This document shows, one piece after another, positions 34,556 to 48,415 of a stretch of 64,000 nucleotides of DNA. The position numbers and the translations under genes are program-made. Each line of letters opens with the position of its first letter. Position 1 is the stretch's first letter. The DNA lies in the NCBI GenBank assembly GCA_904063045.1, contig CAJFCJ010000050.1, positions 58,263-122,262 on the forward strand, given 5' to 3'. The notes beneath the pieces were generated by a model. The model was not told where the DNA came from and made no database searches. It was given only the letters and a program-made list of their open reading frames with translations. The DNA is from Dimorphilus gyrociliatus. Taxonomy: Eukaryota > Animalia > Annelida.

Positions 34556-35921
34556 TTAGAATTGAAATGACAAAAATGTAAATATTTCTCTCAAAGGATT
34601 TTCCAAGTCTTCTTTCACTAAAACTGCAAATGACTGACAATGGAAATCTGAGCATGCGCATTGAAATGAGCATGTATCAAACATATCTCTCTCTTTAAAA
34701 TATCCATTGTTTGAATTAAGAAATGTACATTCATTTATAAATTCTTTACCATGTTTTTCATAATTTGTCATTAGACTCAACTTTCCAATCAGACAGAATT
34801 TTTCTATTGCCACACTTTGAACTTGAATTTTGAATGTTTGAATTCCATAGCTTGATATATTTGTGATGGATTTGAAATTTCCATTACAGTCTTTAGTGAT
34901 TGTATTATTGGCATATTCATACTTTGTATTGTTCAGGATAATTGTTATGAAAGTGAGACTCTCATTTAAATAATAACCAAATACATCAACTTCACATAAA
35001 GTAAGTATATTAGAAGTTGGACTTGTCCTCAGCCAAACTGTCACATAACGACCAGTTGTCACATTGGAACATCTCACTGTTGTAAATGGAGGTACAATTC
35101 CATCATAGCCTCCGCATAGTCCATCCATTGATTCAGTTGGAATATCATCTCTTTCAGACACTGTTATCATTAAATTATTCAATCTCTCAAGATAAGATAT
35201 TCTTCCAATAATTGATACTGCAAAAATTCTACTTTTATCAGCCAAATCAACTTTCCACCATGGAAAAGTAGCTAAATCATCTGTATGAGAACAAGAACTT
35301 TGTTGAATATACTTTCCACTACTCATTCCATCAACAGCATACTCTCCACCACTATTACCCCATATACTGCTTATTGAAGTTGTTTTATTTTTTGCAAGAT
35401 TTTTTAAACTCCAAATTTCAATTTCACATATTGTTAACCATGCATCAACAGCATTGATATCAAAGATGACTGTTGTTGCATAATGGGGTCTGTATTTGTA
35501 GTGAAATGTTCTAGAGCCACCAGCTATTGTAAACTGATCATAATATCCAAATAGTTGAAAAGTGTTGAGATCTATCAAAGAAATATCTTTTGACAGTTTT
35601 GTTCTTATGGACAATTTTTGTAGTTTTTCTGGTAATGAATCTCTATTCAAAACTCTTATTGTTCTAACAATATATGCTCTAGGAAATTGAATAAGAAGCC
35701 ATGGATTATCTACGTTGAGGGTATGAGCACATGATCTAAATGCAAAATCAGGATTAAACTGTCCATCAACAGCTGTAAAACTATATCCTTTTTCATATGT
35801 AGAAGATTGGTTAGTAAACTGTTGATAAGCAATATTCACATGATTAATTATACTTCCATAATATTGTCCAATTCGACAAAACACCAAAATATAGTTCAAT
35901 TGGAAAAAAAAAATTCAACAT
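34556..35921 (-). CDS. Secreted tandem F-type lectin (fucolectin/FTP) domain protein
   Basis: 447-aa ORF with two FTP domains (AVDG...CAHT...PWLLI...NRDSLPEKL...ICEIEIW; AVDG...CSHT...PWWKVDL...LCEVDVFG). A signal peptide starting at ATG 35921 is restored if the A10 run at 35904-35913 is A9. Confidence 0.88.
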
Positions 35922-36030
35922 GATTCAATATCACATTTGTTTTAGCAACAGATCAATGAACTCTCAAATCTCCCAGAGACAATTTCAGAATGTCCTATTA
36001 CATATATAATAAAAATTTCTGATTAACCTT

Positions 36031-36210
36031 TATCTTTTTGAATTATAAACAAAAGCCTAATGAATATTTCAATTGATCTATATTTCATTTTTGAACTTTG
36101 TTGTATTGTGATTGTAGGAATATCTTTTTGAATTATAAACAAAAGCCTAATTAATGTTTCAATTGATCTATATTTCATTTTTGAACTTTGTTGTATTGTG
36201 ATTGTAGGAA
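36031..36210. repeat. 90-bp tandem duplication (two copies)
   Basis: TATCTTTTTGAATTATAAAC...GTAGGAA begins at 36031 and at 36121, with few mismatches. Confidence 0.9.
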
Positions 36211-38727
36211 TATCTGCTAGGAGGAAAAAGATAGCCATTAATTTGTAAAAAGATAAAAGTTAATCAGCTTTTTTTAAGGTCTATATTAATTAGAAAAAAA
36301 TATGATGACATTTTGATCAATGAACTCTCAAATCTCTCAGAGACAATTTCAAAAAGATAAAGGTTTATCAGAAATTATTATTATATATATAATATATATT
36401 AGAAATAATTTCCATAGTTCAATCATTAAAATTCCTAGCACATAGGAGTCTTTCTACAGTTTTCTCATATCTAAGGTCTAAATATAAATATGTCATTTTT
36501 TCTGCATATATGCAAACATTTAATGCTTGCCAAGTACAATAAAGATATTTAAATCATATTCTAAAAATCTATTCTTATAGAAAAAACAATAATGTGTAAG
36601 AATTTCTTGTTCAAAAATGCTCATAAATGTTGTATCAAAAGTGAATGAGGCAACCCATCAGGCATCTCATATATATCCTATAAATGAACCCTTTAATTAC
36701 AAATGGGAAAATGCAATGGAACCTTTTTGGACAAATGTTAATGACTAGTCTGCAGAGTGTTCCAATCCACAATGTACTGGATTTAAACCTTGTGCTGGTG
36801 GATATATTCACATTATTTTTGCCCATCATGCTCATCCAACAAAGTATTGCTACAGTAATAGGTCTATATTATTTAAATAATACGAACATAAGAATTTGAA
36901 CAGTTCCTAATTTTAGTTGGGCTAAAATTTTCTATTGTTTACCATTCACCCTATACTCTAGCCTACTGGACTATTTTCTCCCAACTCCCAGCACAGAGTC
37001 TTTTCATAAATAAAACAGATATGCAAATTGTATGTTGACTGTATGATAGCATACAATGAAGTTCATTTTCTGCTGTCATTGGGAAAACAGTAGAATTGTG
37101 CAGATATACACTGTGTCCAAAAAAATTCTGTGTCTAATTTTGAGCTGTAATTTAAAAATGGCTCAACTAATATCATTGGTCCTTTCCAATCATTTACCAA
37201 TTCATTACTTAAAGAAATATAACCTTTCCAATTCATCTCCAAATGGTCTTAATAAATGTAATTTCAGTAGAAATGAATCAACAAGTCCAAAGAACGTGTA
37301 TTGAGTAAAAATGGGATTCTAGTTCTAAACAAGCAAGTTTAAACAACCAGTTGATGGTTAGAGAACTGAACTATCAATTATTTATTTTGTAGGGTTTATA
37401 TACTCTTTTAAAGGTTTATAGTTCACAAATTTCAATGTTGACTAAACAAAAGCAACATTTGAAAACAAAGAAAATGATCAGTTGGAGAGATGATGTTTCA
37501 AATGAAACAGTGAGGATTTCTATACTTTGATGTTTACCTCTGTACACATATATTTGTCAGCTATACTCTACAATAGAGTAGTATTGAACCAGTATTGTGC
37601 TATGCAGATAGCACTGATAAAGATAAGCAGTAGTGACCTAGTTTCGCGTAGGGCAGTGCATACACATTACGCAGCAATAAAACCTATTAAATTATATAAA
37701 GAATATTGTTTAGATTATCTTCACTATTTCATTATTGGAGTTTTTGTTTACTAAATGCATTTTAGAGCAGCATAAAATAATGATATATTTAAATTTCAAC
37801 TATTGTACATTAAATAAAGCTAGTAAGTATAAGCTTTTGACCTTGCAGATATAAATGAAATATTTTTTTTAAACAATTGTCAAGAATTTTTGTTTAAATG
37901 GATATTTTCTGTACAATTTGATAGTTAATTTTCTTGGCTGAGAAAAGAGTTCAATTTAAATTAGTAGTTTCATGTATTGCCAAATGAGTAGTATAGATAA
38001 ATTCACAATATTCATTTGTAAGAGTTGTTTTTGTGGCAAAAAAGTTTATGATTTGATTGAAAAAGGTCATTATATAGAAGTTATAAAACAGTGATTTCAA
38101 CTGGTTCATAAATTCTAATAGCTGTTTCAAATTTTAAGTCTTGAACAATATTACAAACATAGATAGATATCTTATTTAAATGAAAAGAAAACTGGTAATG
38201 GAATATTTTATTGAATTGATTAGAGAGAATCCACCCACAAAATTGTCTTGCTTAACTACGTATATTATTTTAAACAGTTTATTGTGCCATGACACAAGTA
38301 TGAAAGTGTCTTTGTCATTTTGTGAATATTTACTGTCTGTTGTGAAGATTTTCTGTTATTTTTTGTGGGCATTTCCAGTGTTTTTCTGGATTTTTTTCTG
38401 TCTCTTAAATTTAACCATCAGAATTAAATTTTGTTGAAGAAATAATTAAATTGACATTTAAAAGAAATTTGTTTTTTATTGTCCAAATGGTTACTACTTC
38501 TATCATAGAGAACAATATTGCATTTCAATAAAGAATACAAGTTTTGGAATACTTCAAAATCTTCAACATTCTATATTAAATGAAGAAACGTCAATTCAGG
38601 TTCAAACTGAAAGTAAATACAAAAAAAAACACCCAGAATTATCATCAGTAGCTAGGTTAATTATATATAAAAGATGACAATTTGCAAGGTAGAAACTAGC
38701 CTAGATTTTTTGTTAATAGAGTAATAT

Positions 38728-40960
38728 TTAAGAGAACATTTCACAAAATTGCAAATTTTTGATATTCTTAGAATCATCTGGCAAAATATAAACAGAAATT
38801 TCATTTGATTCTATCTTGTCAATCTCTTTACATGTTAAATGATAAGAAAGATATGAATTGTTTTCAGATTGTCTGTCAATTAGGCACATTCTACTGTCTT
38901 CTTTTCCATTATTGATTATCTTGAAAACAATATAGATAGAAATCTTACTATTGAATTCAGTAATTTTCTTTAAAGTTATCATTATTTTTCTATTATTACT
39001 AAATATTTCCTTTCCCATTGTAAAGTTATATTCAAATGTTAAAGTATTTGTTAACAATTTTGAGCATGTACTCAAATCTTTATCATTTTTATTACATTTA
39101 GAAAGTAGGTCGAAATTTAATTTCCTTTTTCCTTTTGAATAAATAAAAAAAGCATGAAAATGAAACAAGGAATTGAAAATTTAAAAATTGAAAATTACTT
39201 TTATGTAAGATTTGAACATAATGACTTTTTTCTATTAAATCATTTTTGAATAGAATTTTCCTAATATCAAAAGAAAGTGTTGTTTGAATAGTTGCCAATA
39301 TATCTTTGCCATAGGTTTCTCCTTTACCAAAATTAATTTCATTGTCATTTATATCCAACCAAAATATACTCCATTCATTGCATTGAATTAATGATTGTGA
39401 CAAACCAAATGTAACAATATCCACAAAAGGTTCACTAGTTTCTATTGAAGATTGAGTCTGACTATTTGTAGTTATTGTATCAATCTTCAATGTAATCTGT
39501 TCAGTTGTTTCACTCTTAAAGGCAATTGTTAGTGATGAACAGCTATTGTTTCCCTCTTGTCTACCTTTAACCTTGAACTTAATGGATTGTAGATTGTACT
39601 TTCCATGGTATATATCTTGTAGACTATAGAATGTATAATTTGTACCTTGAATCCAGAGTATATTCTCTTCAGTTTCTAAAATAAAGAGAAAAACATTAAG
39701 CATTGAACACTTTTCTTAAAAAGAATGAATTTTAGAATAAAACTCTCTCTCTTTCTATATGTACTTTTTGTAAAAACTTTAAAATGATTGAATCCAACAT
39801 CATTGTTTCCATAAACATCTGCTATGGTAACTTTCAATGATGACTCAATTTTTGAATGCTTATAGGTTAAGCAATGATACAAATTATCCTGAGCCAAATT
39901 ACTCAATTCATCAGCAAACCCTGAACTCCATAACAAACTCACAGCTTTTATTAAACTATGAATTTGTCTTCTAAGAAAAAAGAATATAATGGATATGTTA
40001 ATATTTTAAAAATGATTAATAAATTTATATATATACTTGTTTTTATAGCAAATAATTTGTGGTACAGCTGGAAATGCAAATGTTATTTCTATATATTTGC
40101 CTACACATGATGTCACAGGTGATTGATTTGCTCCACATTTTAGTATGAAATCAAGAGGCATAAGTCTATTAAGAGCATTATCACATGGATAATTTTCTTT
40201 TGAAGTATTGCTTACACAAGTAGCTCCTAATGCAGAATCAGCAATATTTATAAATTCTTCTTCATTGTCATCTTTAGCACTGGAGACTATATAAAAAAAT
40301 ATTAAATGGCACATAACTTAATTTTTTTTTCAATCAGTATTGTAAAAAATTTTACCCTGCTCATAGGCATACGCAAAAATTTCATTAAAACCAATGTTTG
40401 ATAGTAGAGAAAAAGGAGGAACAGGTCTCAAACTTATACTGGATGCTTGTAATCCAATTTCTTCTAGTAGGAGACAATTTGCAACTGTATCAACTTGGTA
40501 AACTGGTTTATAAGTAGAGTTGTTGAATGAAATTTCTACTGACTTTATTTTATGCTCATCCGCTACAGTTCTTTGACTAAGACAAATTCCAATTAACTCG
40601 TAAACTTTTTTAAAATTTATTTTAATCCAATGTTCAGTACATGCTAAACCAGAACAATGTGCTGACCAATCACAAACATTTATCCATTGTGGTTCTAAGG
40701 CATTCTGACATGTATAGTCTACTGTAGAAAGTGGTGGATGCACAGAACTGGCTTGACATGTTGCTCCATTCTCCACAGATGCAACATTAATAATTCTTCT
40801 GTCTATTTTTTAAAATAGATACAAAAATTTATTTGTTTAACATTTGATATGAAAAAAATACAGTACTCCTTTGTAAAGTATAACAAACAGTTGCATTGAA
40901 AATCACAACAAGAAAGGGAATAGCTTTCATCTTGAAAATCATGTAAGAATTTATAAACAG
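38728..40960 (-). CDS. Multi-exon secreted protein with discoidin/F5-8C-like domains and a FAMeT-like domain
   Basis: Signal-like MKAIPFLVVIFNATVC; ASSVH...CQNAL...HWIKINFKKVYELIGICLSQR; EWSIFWLDINDNEINFGKG (FAMeT-like). Exon boundaries are approximate. Confidence 0.6.
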
Positions 40961-42669
40961 ATTGCTCACTCTCTGAAAGATCTTACACTTGGCAATTAGT
41001 TTTCCATTTATAGTTGAAAATGCTTTTGATAACAGTATTGACATATTTTTTTGACTTTTGTGATGAATAAGCAAAATAACTTTTGGAAAAGAATTGTACA
41101 ATGAAGAAGTAGTTTCTAAAATATTTATGTGTCAATTAACACCAATTAATTCTTTTTATTCAATTTTCAATTATTCTTTAGAGATTTTTAAGAATAGAAA
41201 GATCTATAAATAATTAGTACATACTAAAAGGTTTCTTTTTCCAAAGAATATTTTCAATATAACATCAAAAAACTTGTATTTATATTTATTGAGTATTGTT
41301 AGAGATTTTGTATTGGTATGACTAGCTACCTGCTTACTCATTTCAAAGGAAAGATTTTGAATTATTTACAAGTTAAATCAATCCATAAAAACAATTACTT
41401 AGAGATAAATTTGCAGCACAGTTTCAATATCTGCAAATCAAGATTGAGATTCTAGGATTTTTCATTGAAATTCAGTTTTAGTAACTTGTTAATTTCAACT
41501 AAACTTTTCAAAATATCTTGAATGTCATATTTTACTTTTACATATTGTACTTTCCTGCTGAAGTTGTAGGTAAGTACTGGTCCAAATAGAACCAAACCAG
41601 GAGTAAGCCACTTAGAAGAGGGATGTAGAATTGATGAAGGATGAATATACAACCAAAACATAGGAATAATATAACTGTATTCTATATGGCTAGGAGAAGG
41701 GTTAGATCAATAAACATATCTAGGGAAAATGTTTCAAAATTGCGATATATTACCCTCTGTTGATAATTTTTATAATGATGTTGATGCTTATGAGATTAAG
41801 ATGATCACTACAGCTTCAGCCACAGCTACAACCACAGCGACAACTTCTGTAATGATGATGATAATGATGATAATGATAAAGATGATATTGATTATTGTAC
41901 ACTTATGAACTATAGCTAATAGATATGATATGAATGATACTTACCATAATATAGAAGTATTAGAGTAGATGTTGCTTCTAGGGTAGATGATACTCAACTA
42001 CCAGAATCAACCCCTTTTATAGCCAAAGGATAAGATGTTAAATTACCCAACATGTTGACAACAACATCAAGTGTTTATTTACATAAATATGATGTAACCA
42101 TTGACCCTTAAGGGTTTACCAACACAAACCTGTTGTTGTTTACATCACTATTGCATATTATGATATACCTTAACCCTGTTTATTGTGAACAGTCCTTTTC
42201 TGGGGATTTGACCCTTGTTGTTGATACCTAAGGCATAAACAACTGATAAGGAATTGTATATAAGACAGGGCATAGGTAGTAAGAGGCATTCAGTCCTGAA
42301 TGAAGCCTCTTAGTGAACAGGTCTAGTATTAGTTTAGAATACAGTTATATTGTTCTTACAAATTGGTTCTATATTTATCTTTATTCAATTCTACATCTCT
42401 TCTAAGTGGCTTACTCCTAATTTAGTTCTATTTGATACCAGTACTTACCTACAACCCCATAGCAGGAAAATACAGTTATATATTTTTTATAGAGACATAA
42501 AAGATTTTTAGTTTTAACTCTCTTTTAAATATAAAATCCCGATGTTTTCTCATTGTTGGAATTGTTGTATTAAAACTGCTATATCTTTTGCAACTCTTCA
42601 ACCTAAAAACTCAAAATAGGCCTCCTTTACTGAACAAGTCATATTTCTGAAGTAATAAGTGAAAAAATA

Positions 42670-44507
42670 GGGGTTGGGTGCGAACGTACCTGGGTACATT
42701 CCCACCCTCTTTCCTCTTTCTTTTATTTATTGATTTTTCATCAAATGGTTTTGTTAATAATAGATATATATGTATATACTCAGACTGTAAAAAGTAATAT
42801 TTTATCAATGTGAAGTATTATTTAAAAATATTAAATATTGTTGAAAAGTGAAATGGCAGGAAGTTCAATAGTGAAGGTGGTTGAAATAAACTTTCACTTT
42901 GGACAGCATATACTTCCAAAGGTAAGCTGTATTTCCTGAATAAATTTGGACAAAGTGCTTCTTTGTAGATTTTGAACAGGTAAATATTTAAAGCTTTTTA
43001 ACTAGATTTTTGATGTAAAATATTACAATTTAATATATTTTCTTTAATAACAAATTATTTCAATATTTGCTATAAACAAAATTTCAGCCATTTTGAATAT
43101 TTGGAAAGGACAGTGATTTTTTAATAATCAAGTGAATTTGTTCTGTTGAAACAACATGGCTTCAAAATGCAACAATTGTGATTCAAAAATTTATGGAAGG
43201 CAAAAATATTTGAAATGCTGCCTTTGTGAGAATCTTATCCATAGAAAATGTTCAGGTACATCAGTTTTCAATTATGATTTAGGCAACTATCTTTTCTTAA
43301 CACATTGACACAGAAACACCTAGCATACCTGTTTGCACAAGATGTAACAAAAGAAAATGTACTGTTAGCCTTAAGAAATTAACAAATCTGGAAATTGATC
43401 AATACAAAGAAAGTAATAAGAAGGACTTCAATGATAACAGAAGTGATCCTGCTGAGGTTAAAGATTCAACATTGGATTATGAAAGTCCTCAGCAATCAGA
43501 AAACCAATCAATGGATGTAGAAGGAACTGATGAAAATGCAGAAGATGAAAATGACTCAATCAGGAGGAATGATTTTGAGATTGTACAAGGAGGAAGCAGA
43601 AAAGGACATGACATTTTATTGAATGATGGATATTCTTTTGTTGTTAAACATAAAACACTTACAACAACAATTTGGGTATGCAGTGTGTGAAGTAAGAAAA
43701 AAAGATGTGTAGCTAGAATAAGACAAAATAGAAGTATATTTATTAAAGGCAATCTGGAACATAATCACAACAGAAAACCTAATTTGGAAGTAGATGTTAA
43801 AGTTAAAACTGATGTAAAAACTATTTGCAAAAGTGATAACAAAGCATCTGGAAGAAGCATTGCTGAAAAAGTTCTATTATCATATGAACCTAATGCTAAA
43901 TGTCTTCCTGATATCAATTACTTAAAAAGGATTGTAAACTCAAACAGACAAAAATTCAGGCCAGTTGAACCAAAAGTGTATAATTTCAACTTGAACACAA
44001 CTTTTTTACCTGATGAATTTCTCCAGAAAGACATTTGTGAAAATGGAGAAAGAATCTTAATTTTTGCAACAAACCATCAGCTGAACTTATTATCCAAATC
44101 CAACTACTGGCATATTGATGGTACTTTCAAAATTGATTTCAAGTTGAGCAAATTGATTTCAAGTTGAGCAAATTGATTTCAAGTGGAGCAAATTGACATC
44201 AATTGATTTATTGATGCAGACATCTCATATCTACTCTCCAGCATAAACATCATTTTTTAACTTATCTTGTTCTTTAGTATTAGAATTTAGTGTTTGTTTA
44301 GCTGTTTAAATACATATCAGTCAGTTCATATTCAACTGTGTATTTACAATATCTAATCAACAGTATAACATGTGTGCACCTCTGGAACCAAACCATTTGA
44401 TGAAAAATCAATAAATAAATGAAAGAGGAAAGAGGGTGGGAATGTACCTGGGTACATTCGCACCCACCTTGGGTACGTTCGAACCCAGGTACGTTCGCAC
44501 CCCTAAC
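42670..44507 (+). mobile_element. MULE (Phantom-like) DNA transposon, internally deleted
   Basis: TIRs of about 90 bp or more (GGGTGCGAACGTACC...TTTATTGATTTTTCATCAAATGGTTT); TGAAAAAATA at 42660-42669 and 44508-44517. Confidence 0.9.
43157..44130 (+). pseudogene. PHD-finger + FLYWCH + truncated MULE transposase
   Basis: MASKCNNC...CCLC...HRKC spliced to ETPSIPVCTRC; GYSF...WVCS*...C...HNH with an in-frame stop; ends at WHIDGTFK, followed by 20-bp tandem repeats. Confidence 0.8.
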
Positions 44508-44519
44508 TGAAAAAATATA

Positions 44520-45230
44520 GTTTATACATTTTGGCCTTGAAGTTCCAAAAGTAGTTACCAAATTTTGAATAGGTCTGTTGAAATTTGAACAAACTTAATA
44601 GCAGTAATATAATTGCTCTAATACAAACCATTATTAAAGGTAAAATATCACTATATTTAACTTTTGGCTCAGTTCCAACTTCACCACATTCAATGCTTGA
44701 ACAACCAAAGGAATTGATGACTTTAGGGTGACAAAAAATATGGGCAGAGGCTATTGGCTAGAAACTGTTGCAAGATTGTGATACCTTTCTCCAAAAGTAG
44801 TACTTTGCTTTAGTGGCCATGTGAAAATCAGTTCCATCCTACTGAAAAATTTCCCTGTTCTTAATACAATATGCCTAAAGCAAACACCTTTATACAATCT
44901 GATGCCTCTATGCAATTGGACACAAGAGCCAAATCCCTGTTTACATGATTGTCTCCTTTCAAACTGTCTGACTTGAGAATATTCACTATCTTCTACATTC
45001 TATATTGTCTGTACCTGTTTTGTGTCTCCCTCTACAAACTCTGCTACCAATTGATAGATAGACTAATACTTTGTCTTCCATGTTGTTTTCAGAATAATCC
45101 AGAAGATCAGTGTATAAATTTTCTTCCAGCAGCCTGCTCTTTCATTAAAAACTCCTGTGGCAGATAAGGTAGACACATCAACATTCAATTTGGACCAGTA
45201 CTTAGCTACAACCCTACAGCAGGAAAGTAA
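44520..45230 (+). mobile_element. Possible highly decayed retroelement (RT/RNase H-like) remnant
   Basis: Scattered motifs YLTFG, GIDDF and FIQSDAS in broken frames. The 3' part shares a repeat with 42385-42470 and with the reverse complement of 41545-41650. Confidence 0.3.
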
Positions 45231-45981
45231 AGGCTTAATGGGGGACTGTCAATGGTTATAACCATTGTCATAATCATATATAAACAAGCCTGTGGTTTAT
45301 ATTACTGAGATTTATCATATTAAATTCATTGGATAACCAAACTTTTATATTCAAAGAAATCTTTGGTAGCTGTTTTGTTTCTACAAGATCTATCTACCTT
45401 TCTTTTCACCTTTGTTTAAAAGTATAAATTATTCTTAAAAAGATGAAAATATTTATCTCTACAATCTTATAGAAATTTCCAATATTACTCATATGAATTT
45501 TTCATTCTGAGTATTTATCATGCTTTGTGTAAAAGCTACACTAAAACTAAGGATGACAACAGTATTTTCGAAGGGTTTTACCTATTTTATAACCCAAAAT
45601 CCCTCACAGCTAACTATATAAACTCCTATATTTGAGAATCTGTACATTTGTATATCCAAATTCAAAGAATAATTTATATATTTCAATATATAGACAGGAG
45701 AAGAAATTTTTAGAATTGTATTTTGCTTAGAGATACTCGCAGCAAAATCATGAAAAATAACTTTCTGAATATTTGTGAAAGACTTTCACAATCTTCAGGA
45801 ACATTGAAGTGCATTACCTTTAACAACTGCTCTTTGAAACAAGAACATTGCTCAATAGTTGGAAATCTTCTGAAAAAATGTTCTAAAATAGAAACAATAG
45901 ATTTTTCATTCAATTCTGAAATTCAAAATGGATTTTTTGATATCTTTGAATGTCTTGAACAATCTTCAGAAATGTTAAAGT

Positions 45982-48415
45982 TGGGGTTGGGTCAGAACGC
46001 CCCACTCATGAGTCAGAATGCCTCACTCTCTTTAGAGAATTATAGAAAACAATGCTGAGAGAAAAATATTCTTAAATACCAGTTATTATAAATATTTTTA
46101 CCAGTTTTTTTTTATCAGTTTATTCTCAGAAATTGTGTTGCTTAAATATAATTCATCTTAGTATAATTAATTTTTTTGCTGTTAATGTCTCACTGAAAAA
46201 AGGTTTAACCATTTCCTCAGATGCAGATTATTGTATAGACTGTTTTAATATAAAAAACAAAAAGCTAATTGTTAAAATAAAAAAGCTGGAAAACAAAAAA
46301 TCACCAACATGTTCAAAAGTATTTGGAAATGAAACTGTTAGTGAAAGTGAAAGTTCTGAACAGGTACAAAATATTTAACAAATATCTGTTAAAAAAACTA
46401 TTTAATGTTTTACTATAGCTGAGGTTATCTTTTGACTTTGAATCTAATTTCTCTGATGTTTCAAGTACTCCAGGGAATAATGGAATGGAGAGTTGTGATA
46501 AAGATATTGATATTGATAATGATGGAATTTCAAGAGAAGATCAACATCAACCTGCTAAAATTGTTTTACAGAAAATAGTCCAGTTGTAAGAAGAATTGAT
46601 ATAAATAATGAATATTCTTTTAATGATACAAGAGAGCTTTGTCTAAATGATAATTTAAAACATGATTTTGAAATATTTAAGAATGGGAGCAGAAAAGGAA
46701 AAGATATTCTTCTTCACAATAATTTTACTTATACTGTAAAAAGATCAAGTGAAACAACCATTACCTGGAAATGTAGTCAAAGAACTAAAAAATCACCATG
46801 TCTTGCATCTGTAATTCAAAAAGATTTAAAGTTCATTTTGAAAAATTCTAATCACATTCACAAAAGAGAGAAAAATGATATGAGAAAAATTATTGAAGCA
46901 AGGTTAAATTTAAAGGAAGCTGCAATTATTGATAAAGACAAATCTGGTAAAAGAATTGCAGAAGATATCAGTCTGAAGTTCAGAAAGGATATTTCTCATA
47001 TTCCAAGCATTGATGTCATGAAAAGATCTGCTAATAGATACAGAGAAGGTGCCAGACCAAAGCACCCAGAAAACATTATATTTGAATTAAATTTAAATGA
47101 AATTCCAGATAATTTTTTCTTAAAAGATATAAAAGGGAAGAAAAGCCGAAACATGATGTTTGCAACTGACCATCAAATTAAATTATTGAAACATTGTAAG
47201 ATATGGTTTATTGATGCCACATTTAAAATTGTGAGAAAACCTTTTTACCAATTGTTTACAATTCATGGATTTATAAGAAAAGAAGGTGAATATAAACAAG
47301 TTCCTTTAATGTTTGTCCTCATGACAGGAAAGAAGAAGAAACATTATTCATTGATATTTGAGGTTGGCTTTCTAAAGTAAATATTTGAGTAAAAATTCTA
47401 AAGATATATTTTTCTTTACAAGGAGTTAAAAATCTTAATAGATGGAAAAAGCCCAAAAAAGTTTGTTCTTGATTTTGAAAAAGCTCTTTGGATATCTTTA
47501 AAAAATGCTTTTGTTGATTCTGATCTACAAGGATGTGCTTTTCATTTTAAACAAGCAATTCTTAAAAACATACAGGTAAATTAAAGTAATTATAACAATT
47601 CTGTTACAGATTTAATTTGTGAAATTAAGAAATTAACAAATACAAATTTTCTTTTTAGAAATTAGGATACATCAAGGACTATAAAATGAAAGGTTATAAA
47701 GGAAATATGTTAAGAAAACTAATGTGTCTAGCATACTTACCAGCATCATTCATCAAACGAAAGTTTTATCAAATTAAAGAGGAACTTTTGGAACTGAATT
47801 TATATGCTGATCTTCTTGAGTATATGGAATCTACTTATATTGAAAGCAATATTTGGAAACCAGAAAATTGGTCAGTTTATAAATTAATAGTTCATACAAA
47901 TAATCATGTAGAGTCTTGGCATACAAGAATCAATCAAAATTTGAAAAGCAATGAAAACTTTTATACTCTTATCACTGAAATTCTTAGAGAAAGCAGCCTT
48001 ATTGAAGTTTATGAGGATATGTTGGTGGAAAATAAAATGAGACAGAATCAGAAGAATAAATATAAAGATTTGCAGGATATTATCTTTGAGTTGTGGAAGA
48101 AGTTTGAAGAAAGAATTAAGTTTAGATAATCTCTTAAAGGGTTTAATTGACTTGAACATTGCTTGAAAAATTATTTCTTTTTTTGTGATCACTTATTATA
48201 TTTGTTTAAGCTTTTGTACTTTAAGACAAAAAATACATTATGCATATATAATTTATATTCAATTGACTTTTTTTAATTTAATAAGTACAGCATTAAAAAA
48301 TATTACATTCTTCAAAAATCAGTGGGGCGTTCTGACTCATGAGTGGGGCGTTCGAAATCAAGAATGGGGCGTTCTGACCTGGGGCGAACTGACCAGGGGC
48401 GTTCTGACCGTAAGC
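45982..48415 (+). mobile_element. MULE (Phantom-like) DNA transposon with an intron-containing transposase
   Basis: TIR cores GGTCAGAACGCCC...ACTCATGAGTCAGAA at both ends; TGTTAAAGT duplicated at 45973-45981 and 48416-48424. Confidence 0.92.
46660..48129 (+). CDS. FLYWCH-MULE transposase, three core exons
   Basis: FTY...WKCS...C...HIH; WFIDATF; intron 47363-47422; exon with VLDFEKA and GCAFHFKQA; intron 47576-47658; TNNHVESWH. DDE and CxxH residues are present. The 5' end is uncertain. Confidence 0.85.

Noticed and set aside
36635-36899. Overlapping short ORFs as a possible transposase relic
   Set aside because: No diagnostic motif in any frame.
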